Below, in pieces: positions 31,396 to 42,965 of a stretch of DNA of 64,000 bases. Position numbers and translations under genes: made by a program. The notes beneath the pieces are model-generated. The model was given only the letters and a program-made list of their open reading frames with translations, was not told the origin of the DNA and did not search any database. The stretch is from the human T2T-CHM13v2.0 reference genome, Homo sapiens. Position 1 is the stretch's first letter. Each line of letters opens with the position of its first letter. Location: the NCBI RefSeq assembly GCF_009914755.1, contig NC_060928.1, one strand, 5' to 3'.

Positions 31396-32344
31396 TAAAG
31401 GATAAAATTGGCAAATTGTGTATTACATTACCGAGATTCAGAGAAAAAGAATGAATATTATAATACTAACACTGAATTGATTAAAACGCTTTTAATAAGT
31501 TGTTTCTTACACAAGAATATAAATAATTACAAAATATGATGGGTCTCACAACACTAAACTAAAATTAATATTATCATATGAGTAAGAGTTTATAAGTAAT
31601 AATCACAAAAAATTTCTTCTGTTCAGCAAGCCATGGTTCTTTTTGAAGAAACGTCAACAACATTGAGAAAGAGGTAGAAAACCAGCTGAGCAATAAACTA
31701 CAGTCAACTTTTGATTATAACAGATGAAACTATCCTGTTTGATAATGATGTTTTATTACTCATAATGTAAAGACTGTTAAGGAATGCAAAAGTATTAGTG
31801 GTTATGTTATGTTGAAAATTACATACAATGTATACAAAAGGGTCACTTATGTTTGAAAGCCTTAAAAATTAATTCCTGGAAAAAGAATCCATTTCCCAAT
31901 GGCATACATTTTGCAATAACAAATAGAGCCCAAGCTATGGTTGACATGCAATTTATGTATATGGTCAACTTAAAAAAAGTATAAACAGATGTTTTCCCAA
32001 TTCATTGCATTATACATAGCAACAATTGGTCTGCAAGAATCTTTGTGAAAGAGTCTCCAAAATAACGAATATTATTATGAGTGCTATTAATGAAATTAAG
32101 AATAACCCTATAAATAATAGATTATTTTATAAACTATGTAGATACTGAAGAGCAGTTTAAATATTATATTCTAACTCTGAAATTACAGAGTTCTCCTAAA
32201 GAAATATTGTACAAGGTTTTCACAACAAATTTGATATTATTATACTTTTTTACTCAATTTGTTAAAAACTTTAAAATCAAATTTTTAATTATGAAATTGT
32301 GTGATGTATCTTTAAGACATATTTTAAAATTAAGTGAAAGGCTT

Positions 32345-32452
32345 CTTGTTTTTTGAGACAGGGTCTTCCTCTATCGCTGGAGTGCAGTGGTGCGATCTTG
32401 GCTCACTCCAACCTTCACCTCCTAGGCTCAAGTGACCCTTTCACCTCAGCCT
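32345..32452 (-). mobile_element. Old Alu (AluJ/FRAM-like) fragment
   Basis: TTTTTTGAGACAGGGTCTT..GCTGGAGTGCAGTGGTGCGATCTTGGCTCAC..CTCCTAGGCTCAAG. Confidence 0.8.
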
Positions 32453-32849
32453 AAATGACATGCTTTCTAAGTTATAGGGAAAATAAAAACCATGTCAGTA
32501 ATTTCAAGATAATTGTCATTGATTTTCACAGCAAACTTGCATTATTTATAAATAATAATAACCTGAAAAATTATACAATTCCTATCTGTTCAACAGTATG
32601 AAAAATAGAAATACACTTAGCATTCAATATGAATTTATACTGAGGCATCAGATTAGGCAATCAGTATTTCTGAAATAGATGTGGAATATGTTAGTCAGTA
32701 TTTGTAGAAGAGATCATTGAGCTAAGAAATAACAGCAACCAAAGCATGAATTAATCAATTCATTTACAGAAGTTTTAGAATATAGTTAAGTATTCTATGC
32801 TCACTAATTTGATAAGAAACTAAATGAATCATGGCAGCATTTAGTTGAC

Positions 32850-33020
32850 CAGTGGCAATTTTTTGACAAGCTACATAACCACTCTACAGTCTTCTCATCT
32901 GAAAAATGGAAGTTATTATAATGCCTATTTTAGAAGTTCGTTTAGAAGATTAAATAATTTAATACATGCTAACCACTTGGAACTTTTTAAGGCACATGAA
33001 AAATACTGAACAAATGTAAT
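32850..33020 (+). mobile_element. MIR fragment
   Basis: CTCATCTGAAAAATGGAAG..AATGCCTATTTTAGAAG..GAAGATTAAAT. Confidence 0.55.
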
Positions 33021-34832
33021 TCCTAATTATAAAATATTATACATCACTTTAAATGACAGAGTTATAAGGAAGCATTAAGGACAACTGTCATTGACTCTTG
33101 CCACAACTCTCTGAGAGGTTTTAACTAGAATGCTGATTTGAGCTAACATTACCTTGGCCACATGGAGCCATCAGCTCATCTAGAAATGACACAAGCCAAG
33201 AATTCTGTAAATACCTCTGAGGAGTGTACTCTCTTTCTCTTTTCTAAAACTTTGTGTATTTTCATCAAATGACTAAAAACACATGCTCTGGTGATTCTTT
33301 TTTTTTTTTTTTTAACGCTGACAGTCACTTAATTTTCTGTAAGAGTGTTTTATCACGTGTGTACCCTAAACTTACTATCTCCAAATTTCACGTTTCTCAA
33401 TCTTATGTGAGATAATTCATTCACAACACTCTCTTCCTAAGAGAAAATAAATACTGGTACAAAATTTATAATAAACAAGTTTAATGAGTTTTTTGTGGTT
33501 GGGGGGGCTACTTTAAATGAAATTTCCATTAAGCATAGAGCCTCTCATTCCTAATGCTTCTTGGACGTTGTTAAATGCAGATTCATCCAGTACCTAAGTT
33601 CCACCATTCCATAAGGAGTAGTAAAAGGTTACATTTCAGCAGACAGACTTGGGAGTATTTTCTTTCAGCTCTTAGATGTGAGTTCTGCTGTTATTGATAT
33701 TTGGTTTAAATCCATTTTAACATTGTAATCTTTGTCATGAGGTAAATTTACACCCATTTTGGGTCAACAAAAACACTACCAGCAGATTTCTTTCAGGAAT
33801 ACTTTAAAATATAATATTCAGTGAGAATTATAGAATAACCAGCAGAAAGGGAGGATAAATAAAAAAATTCCAATTTTGGCTGTGCCCATTGCTTATTATG
33901 AAACATATGAAAAGTCTCTTAAATTCCTCTAGTTTCATAACAGACATACCTCATTTTATTGCGCATCACTTGATTGCATTCCACATATATTGTGGGATTA
34001 TTTCACAAATTAAAGTTTTGTGGCAATCTTGCATCAGGCAAATCTATCAGGGTTATTTTTCAACAGCCCATCCTCACTTGGTGTATCAATGTCCCATTTT
34101 GGTAATTCTCACAATATTTCAAAAACTTCCATGATTAACGATATTTGATTTTTCTATTGAAATTGTTTTGGGATACTGTGAACTGTACCCATAAAAAATG
34201 TCAAACTTCAGTAATAAATGTATGTATTCTGACTGCTCCACTGACCAGTCACTTCCCTGTCTTTCTCCCTTTAGTCAGGCTTTCCTATTCCCTGAGACAA
34301 TATTGAAATTAGACCAATTAATAACCCTACAGTGTCCTCCAAGTGTTCAAATGAAAGAAAAAGATGCATGTTTCTCGCTTTAAATCAAAAGCTAGAAATG
34401 ATTAAGCTTACTGAGAAAGGCATGTCAAAAGCCAAGAGAGACCGAAAGTTAATCCTCTTGCTCCAAATAGTTTGCCAAGGTTTGAATGCAAAGAAAAAGA
34501 TCTTGAAGAAAATAAAAAAGTGTTACTCAGTGAAAACATGAATGGTAAGTAAACAAAACAGCTTTATTGCTGCTATAGAGAAAGTCTGAGTGATCTGGAT
34601 AAAAGATCGAATGAGCCACAATGTTCCCTTAAGCCAAAGCCTAATCCAGAGCAAGGCGCTAACTCTTCAAGCCTATGTAGGTTAAGAGAGGCAAGGGAAG
34701 TGCAGAAGAAATGCTGAAATCCAAGAGTGATTGGTCCATGAGGCTTAAGAAAAGAAGCTGTCTTTATAACATAAACGTCTAAGATGAGGCAGCAAGTACT
34801 AATGTAGAAGCTGCAGCAAGTTATCTAGAAGA

Positions 34833-36911
34833 CAAAAGAAAGAAATGAAAGGCATCTAAACAGGAAGAGAGGGAGTCAAACTAACCCTGTTTGCAGATGA
34901 TATGATTCTGTACCTAGAAGACCCCTGTAGTCTCTGCCCAAAAGCTCCTTGATCTGATACACAACTTCAGCAAAGTTTCAGTATGCAAAGTCAATGTACA
35001 AAAATCAGTAACATCTCTATACATAAACAATATTCAAGCGAATAGCCAAATCAAGAACACAATCCCATTCACAGTAGCCACAAAAAAGAATAAAATACCT
35101 AGGAAAATAGCTAACCAAGGAGGTGAAAGACCTCTACAATGAGAATTACAAAACACTGCTCAAAGAAATCAGAGATGACACAAACAAATGGAAAAACATT
35201 CTATGCTCATAGATCGGAAGAATCAATATTGTCAAAATGGCCAGACTACTCAAAGCAATTTACAGATTCAATGCTATTCCTATTCAGCTACCAATGACAT
35301 TCTTCACAGAATTAGAAAAAACTATTTTAAAATTCATATAGAACTAAAATAGAGCTCAAATAGCCAAGGCAATACTAAACAAAAAGAACAAAGCTGGAGG
35401 CATCACATTACCCAACTTCAAACTATAAAGCAGGGCCACAGTAACCAAAACAGCATGGTACTGGTACAAAAACAGACACATAGACGAATGGAACATAAGA
35501 GAGAGCCCAGAAATAATGCTGCACACCTATAACTATCCTATCCTTGACAAAAGCCACAAAAACAACCAATGGGGATAGGATTCTCCATTCCACCAATAAA
35601 TGGTGCTGGGATAACTAACTAGCCATATGCACAAGATGGAAACTGGACAGCTTTCTTACACCATATGCAAAAATTAACTCAAGATGAATTAAAAACTTAT
35701 ATATAAAACCAAAAACTATAAAAACTCTGGAATATAACTTAGGAGATGTCATTCTGGACATAGGACCCCACAAAGACTTCATGACAAAGACTCCAAAAGC
35801 AATTGCAACAAATACAAAAATTGACAAATTGGAACTAATTAAACTAAAGAGATTCTGCACAGCAAAAGAAACGATCGACAGAGTAAACAGACAACTTACA
35901 GAATGGGAGAAAATATTTACAAAGTGTGCATCTGACAAGGTCTAATATCCCGAATCTATAAAAACTGAAACAATCCAATAAGCAAAAAACAAACAATTCG
36001 AGATTGGGCCACTGCACTCCAGCCTGGTGACAGAGCGACACTCTGTCTCAATAAATAAATAAATAAAATAAAAAAGTGGACAAAGGACATAAAAAGACAC
36101 TTTTCAAAAGAAGAAATTCACGTGGCTAACAAGAATATGAAAAAATGCTCAACATTACTAATCATTAGATAAATGCAATTCAAAAACCACAATGAGATAA
36201 CATCTCACACCAGTCATAACAACTATGATTAGAAAGTCAAAAAAATAAAATAAAATAAAGGATGCTGGTGAGGCTATGGAGAAAAGGAAACACGCACTCC
36301 TGGTGGGAATGTAAACTGGTTCAGCAGTTTGGCAATTTCTCAAAGAACTTAAAACAGAATTACCATTTGACCCAGCAATCTCATCATTGGGTATATACCA
36401 GAAGAAATATAAATCATTCTACCATAAAGACACAAGCACGTCTATGTTCACTGCAGCACTAACCACAGAAACAAAGATGTGGAATCAACCTAAATGCCCA
36501 TCAATGAAAGACTGGTTAAAGAAAATGTGTTACATATACACCATGGAATACTACGTAGCCGTAAAAAGAATGGGATCATTTCCTTTGCAGCAACATGGAT
36601 GAAGCTGAAGGCCATTATTTTAAGCAAACTAATAAAGGAACAGAAAACCAAATTCCACATATTCTCAGTTGTAAGTGGAAGCTAAACAGTGAGTACAAAT
36701 GGACACAAAGAAGGGAACGACAGAGACTGGGGCCTACTTGAGGGTGGAGGGTGGGAGGAGGATAAGAATAAAAAAACTACCTATTGGGTATTATGCTTAT
36801 TACTGCGGTGACAAAATAATTTGTACACCAAACCCCACAGCATATAATTTACCTATATAGCAAACCTGCGTATGTACCCCTGAACTTAAAATGAAAGGGT
36901 TTTTTTTTTTT
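34833..36911 (+). mobile_element. 5'-truncated L1 (about L1PA13/L1PREC2 age) inserted in Tigger1
   Basis: ORF2 from the FADDM region through the 3'UTR; perfect 15-bp TSD AAGTTATCTAGAAGA (34818-34832, 36912-36926). Confidence 0.9.
35998..36074 (+). mobile_element. Severely 5'-truncated Alu with (TAAA)n tail, inside L1
   Basis: CGAGATTGGGCCACTGCACTCCAGCCTGGTGACAGAGCGACACTCTGTCTCAATAAATAAAT. Confidence 0.85.
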
Positions 36912-38338
36912 AAGTTATCTAGAAGATCTAGCTAAGATAGTTGATGAAGATTGCTATACTAACCAACAGATTTTCAGTGTGGAAGGAATAGCCTTCTAGT
37001 GGAAGATGATGCCATCCAGGATTATCATAGCTAGGAGTCAATGCCTGGCTTCGATGCTCCAAAGGACAGTCTGACACTCGTATTAGGGGCTAATGTGGCT
37101 GGTGATTTTAATTTGAAGCCAATGTTCATATACCATTCCAAAAATACTAGGGCTCTTAAGAATTATGCTATATCTACTCTGCCTGAGATCTGTAAATGAA
37201 ACAACAAAGCTTGGATGACAGAATAGCTGTTTACAGCATGGTTTACTAAGTATACTAAGCCCGCTATTGAAACCTACTGCTCAGGAACAAAAGGTTTCTT
37301 GCAAAAGATTACTGCTCATTGACAATGCACTCGGTCACCCAAGAGCTCTGATGGAGACTTACAAGGAGATTAATGTGTGTGTGTGTGTGTTTTCCTGATA
37401 AGAAGACATCCATTCTGAAGGCCATGGATCAAGGAGTAATTCCAATTTTCAAGTATTATTTAAGAAATATATTTTGTGAATCTGTAGGTGCCGTAGAGCA
37501 TGATTTCTCTGATGGATCTGGACAAAGTTGTTGTTAGCTGGTTGTTATGTAGACTTGATGCTGTAGTTGCTTAATACTGTCTGTGGGCTCTTTGCTTAAG
37601 TGTGTTTTTGTGGCAGTAGATGTTCTTTTGATTCCATGTTTAGCACTCCCTTAATGACCTCTTGTAAGGCTGCTCTAGTGGTAACAAATTTTATTCATGT
37701 TTGCTTGCCTGAGTAGGCTTTTATTTCTCTTTCACTTGTGAAGCTTATTTTGGTGGAAGGTAAAATTCTTCACTGAAATGTGTGTGTGTGTGTGTGTGTG
37801 TATGCTAAAAATAGGTTCCCAATCTCTTTTGGCCTGTGAGGTTCTTACTGTGAGTATAGTCAGTTGGCTTCATTTCTCAATGAACTGCCACTCTAGTGGG
37901 GTTCCCTTTATACGTGACCTGACCCTTCTCTAACCCTTCTCTCTGTCTTTAAGATTTTTTTTTTCTTTTGATGTTGGTGAATCTAATGACCATGTGTTTT
38001 GAGAATGGTTGTCTTAGATAGTATCTAGCTGGTGTTCTCGGTATTTCTTGTATTCGAATGTCAACCTCTCTAGCAAGATTAGAAACATTTTTGTGAACTA
38101 TATCCTCAAATATATATTTTCCAAGTTGCTTACTCTCTCTCCTTCTTTCAGGGATGCCAATAAGCTGTAGGTTTTGTTTCTTTACATAATCTCATATTTC
38201 TCAGAGGTTTTGTTCACTTTTAAAAATTCTGTTTTTCTTAATTTTTATCTAATTAAATTGATTTGAAGAAACTGGTCTTTGAACTCAGATTTTTTTCTCA
38301 CCTTGGTCTATGCTGCTGTTAACACTTCTGATTGTTAG

Positions 38339-38953
<615 letters not shown>

Positions 38954-40629
38954 TTGGTTCTTTCTTAAAATGGCTATTTCATCTTTCAGATCTTGGATCA
39001 TTTTATTGAATTCCTTGTATTCCTTGGATTGAGTTTCAACTTTCTCCTGAGTCTTGATGAGTTTCTTTGCCATTCCAAGTTCTATGTCTGTCATTTCAGT
39101 CTAGTTAAGAACCATTGCTGGGGAGCGATTGGGCTCATTTGAAGGTAAGGGAACACTCTGGCTTTTTTAATTATCAGAGTTCTTGTGCTGGTTCTTTCTC
39201 ATCTAGGAGGTCTGGTGTTTAAGTTGAGTATAGTCAGTTGGCTTCATTTCTCAATGCTTTCACAGGGCCAAGGCTCTGTACAGGATTTTTATTTGTCGCT
39301 GGATTCTTGCCTTTGCTTTCACAGGGGTGAATGTTAGCAGAATATTTTTTGATGTTGTAGTCTGGTCTGAGATCCAGTAGATGGCATGGAAGAGTAACAG
39401 CTGGTAGAAAAGCTCTTAGTCATGTGGCTCTTTATTTCCTTGCATTTGCAGGCATGCTTCTTAGTGGTGGGGGAAGAGACGACTTTCTCACCAGGTCTAC
39501 TTCTGGGCCTTGGGGGAATCCCCCCATCACTGGTGTTACACACACATTCTTTTTTTAGGTGTTCCAGGCCACAAGCGCTCCTAAATAGGCCATATCCTTT
39601 TTGAACTGGCCCTGCAGAGGGAGGTATGCCCCATTCCCACACAGGTACACAAACCTGTGTGTCTCATCTTTCTCAGTGTTCTGAGGGTGGGCACTCCTCC
39701 CCGAATTCAGTGCCAGCCACAGATCTAGGCTTAGCACTCTCAAGCTGTGCACCACATCCCTTGGGCACTGGGACTGGCCTGCATTTTGAGTTGGGCTCCA
39801 GCTTCACTGGGGATCTGAACTGCTCCCCAGATGCTGGGAAAGTACTCAGGTGGAGCAAAGCACTGAGACTGGGCAGCAGAAGCTGTGCTGTGCACATGCT
39901 ACTGCAGGTTAGCAAGGAAGGGGCCCTCAGAGGTTTGAGTGGGCCCTCCAGAACAGACATGCCCTAGTCCTGCAGGGAAGCTGGCCCTGCCTTCTCCTGG
40001 CCCAAAAGTCAGCTGGGGCTAATCCTTCTCAAAGGGAGATGGAGAACCCTGGGGGATGGGCACCTATAACCACACTTACGCAAGCTTCTCTGAGCACAAA
40101 AGCCCATGGGCTCCACGCCAGCTGAAACCCTGTCTCTCCCTACTCTCTGGGAAGATCCCTCTGCCTGCTCAAAAGTCCGTGGGAGATGTGAGGTGCCCTA
40201 TAGATAGTATCCCAGAGATCCATGGCAAGAGCAGGCTGTGCCTCAGTAGTTTACCCACCTTTTTTTCCTGGAGCCAATTTGGGGCTGGGATCTAGCCCTA
40301 GCATTTGGGCACCCTGTGCAAGGTTCCCAGATTCCTCCCTCTTCAACTTGGGAGTCTATGTTACCTCTCCATCCACTCTCAGTGTTTTCTGTCAAAAGAT
40401 CTGCTCAAATTATGTCTTTTAACTCCATATTTGGTCTCTCTCAGTGGGACGGGTGCTTCCTGGATGCATCTAGTTGGCCATCTTGTTCTCCCTCCCTTAT
40501 TCATTCTTGCTGATGAAGAATTAACTTCCCCTCACTCTTTGCAGCACTGTAGGACTGAGGACTCTTTAGACCACAAAGGGCAACAGCTTGACTTAAATTT
40601 ATGTAGCAAAACACAGACATGTGTGTAAA

Positions 40630-41570
40630 CACACACACACACCCACAAAGGTTTTTGTCTACTTAACTAGAAAGTCAGAAAGTACCACAACTATATTCAA
40701 GAGTTTAAGTGCCCTCAAATACTTAAACTAACTCTTATTAACTACAAGAAGACTTCATATAGTAAAAGGAGTAGCTTTCAGGAAACCCTGATACTTATCT
40801 TTGGTGAAAACAGATATGCTTCCTTAAATTTCCATCCTCCACTTCTCCCATAATAATAGAATTTGTAACTATGCATATGGTTTTCCATGTAAGGGCTACT
40901 TTCCAAAGCCTCTCTTGCAGCTTAGAGTAACTGTGTAAGTAAACAATAGCCAATATGATCTGAGCAGTAGTAACATGTACATCTCCTATTTATGCCTTTG
41001 AAGGGATGGGGTGTATCCTCCTTTTGTTCTCTTCCTTCACACTAGCTGTCATGCAGACATATGGGAGAAGCTGGAACAATTATCTTAGACCATGAGACAG
41101 AAGCTGTATGTTTAACATTTCAGGGTAACACGACAAAAAGAGCTTGAGCTCTTAATGACTTGGTTGAGGAGAGCTACCATGCAGCTCAGACTTTTACATG
41201 ACACATTAATGAGCTTCTATCTTATTTAAGCTAATGCTAACTTGAGGTCTTTGTCACATCAGCTGAATCATAGTCTAACAAATGCCATACCCTTTAAACA
41301 TTATTATCCAAAAGGGCAAGAATCTTCTCCTAGCTCCAACATAAAGATTCTTAGAGAACCCTGATGGCCTGCGTTTGGTCACTTGCTTACCTTTGAATCA
41401 ATCAACAATAGCAAGGGAGTTAAAAAAATTATTGTCTAGATCACACACCCATTCCTGTTACCAAATGAGTGCAATATTATGATCGGTAGTCCCAATAGAG
41501 TCATATTGAATGGGCGAGCTGCCATTTCTAAAAAGAAGGATGGTGCTAAATAGTGAAAAATGAGAGATGT
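40630..41570. mobile_element. Old MLT1-family MaLR LTR fragments, possibly nested
   Basis: Diverged MLT1-like text (CTACTTTCCAAAGCCTCTCTTGCAGC, ATCTTAGACCATGAG, TTGGTCACTTGCTTACCTTTGAATCAATCA). Confidence 0.45.
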
Positions 41571-42965
41571 TTCCCTGGAGATTAGAAAACACAAGTGAGA
41601 AACTTTAATAGTAAAATATATGTTTATATATTTAAAAACACATGAGGAAAAACAACAATAAATAAAGCTTCTCTAATTAGTAGTGTCTGTCTCTCAACTA
41701 CCATTACCAAAATCAAGAATAAAACAAGTCTTAAAATCTAGAACATCTCAGTATAATAACTGATGCTTTTCCTCAGAAATTGTCTTTCTCATTATCCTAG
41801 AGACTTGGTAAGACTAAGGCAAGATTTCTAATCAGTGGTTTATCAATCTGCTCTTTGACTTTGATTTTGTTTCAAACAGCTGGTCCTGTTTTAGCAGGAG
41901 ATTTTAAAGATCATGGACTTTGAATTGGAGTTGAAGATTCTAAATCCTCTCTGCTCCATTACTAAGTTTTCTACTCTTGATGATTACAAGTGTAAGTACC
42001 TTGTGCACAAAAATAGGGATATATGCCTAGCACACATAAAAGTACCTAACAGTCCCCATGACTTCTGTGTATCCTTTCACATTTGTTATTTGTGGACTTA
42101 ACTCCAGTTTTATATCTTCTTTCTTTTTTTTCCCAAGGACTAATCTCTGCTTGATGTATCATTATCTGTTCCCTTTCCCTTGATATCTGGATTCATAAAG
42201 CCATCTCCCTTGGATATTCTTAAGGATGGCTTTGTTTTTCCTCTTGCTACATAAGTTAACATACTTAGAAGTTCACATTAGCTCCCAGAACTCTGTAAAG
42301 GTAAACTGCTCATGTAAGAGCCTCCCTATATCAAGCCATCTATTACTATGTCTTCGTCTGTGGCTATAGCCCATTTTACACCAGCATATTAAATAATAAA
42401 AGGGAGATAAATATTGAATCAAATCCATAATTCCAAATTTATTTGGTTTTTTATTTACTTATCCAATCATGACTCCCAGCCCAAAACAGTTAGAAATGTT
42501 ATTTGTCAGAGACATAAATATCTAAGATGCTTTTCAATCCTTGAGTTAAACTTCTCAAAAGAGTCCACTAAAGAACAGGAAATGACTGCTTTTGCAAAAA
42601 AGAAATGAAGTTGAATGGGGAAAAAATTGACATTGGTTATAAACTAATTTTAAAAACCACATTTCTTGCATGGGTTCTGTACTTGTAAAATATTCTCCAA
42701 ATTCTATTTATCATATATTATTTGTTTAGACACAGTTATCAGATAGCTGATAACAGACAACATGTTTATTTTCATTTTTTTCCTCACTTTGAGGACTTTT
42801 CCACAGAAAGGCTAAATTTATTTGTACAAGTATGCAAAGGAAATATTATCCTCTAGAGATTTCCACCTTTTTCTTGAGATCAGAAGCTGGATATCTCTTA
42901 ATTTTGATATGCTCTCCTTTAGCAACTAAGACAAGCCATCAATTTTGTTTGTAAAAGGATCCATA

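Larger units (their letters stand above)
31400..33210 (+). mobile_element. Decayed hAT-Charlie-type DNA transposon (transposase fossil), interrupted by an Alu fragment and a MIR
   Basis: Hand translation across frameshifts gives ordered hAT-like motifs: EVENQLSNKLQ, TDETILFDNDVLLL, TKGSLMFESLK, TNRAQAMVD, IHCIIH, QQLVCKNL..NNRLFYKLC. Confidence 0.7.
33941..37527 (+). mobile_element. Tigger1 DNA transposon, 5' part (pieces 33941-34832 and 36912-37527), 3' end missing
   Basis: 5' TIR-like CAGACATACCTC; transposase remnant LNQKLEMIKLTEKGMSKA; later GGGGCTAATGTGGCTGGTG and GCCATGGATCAAGGAG (PMDQG-like). Confidence 0.9.

Noticed and set aside
30925-31414. LPSF- and EGRK-repeat ORFs
   Set aside because: Translations of the GGAA/GGGA simple repeat
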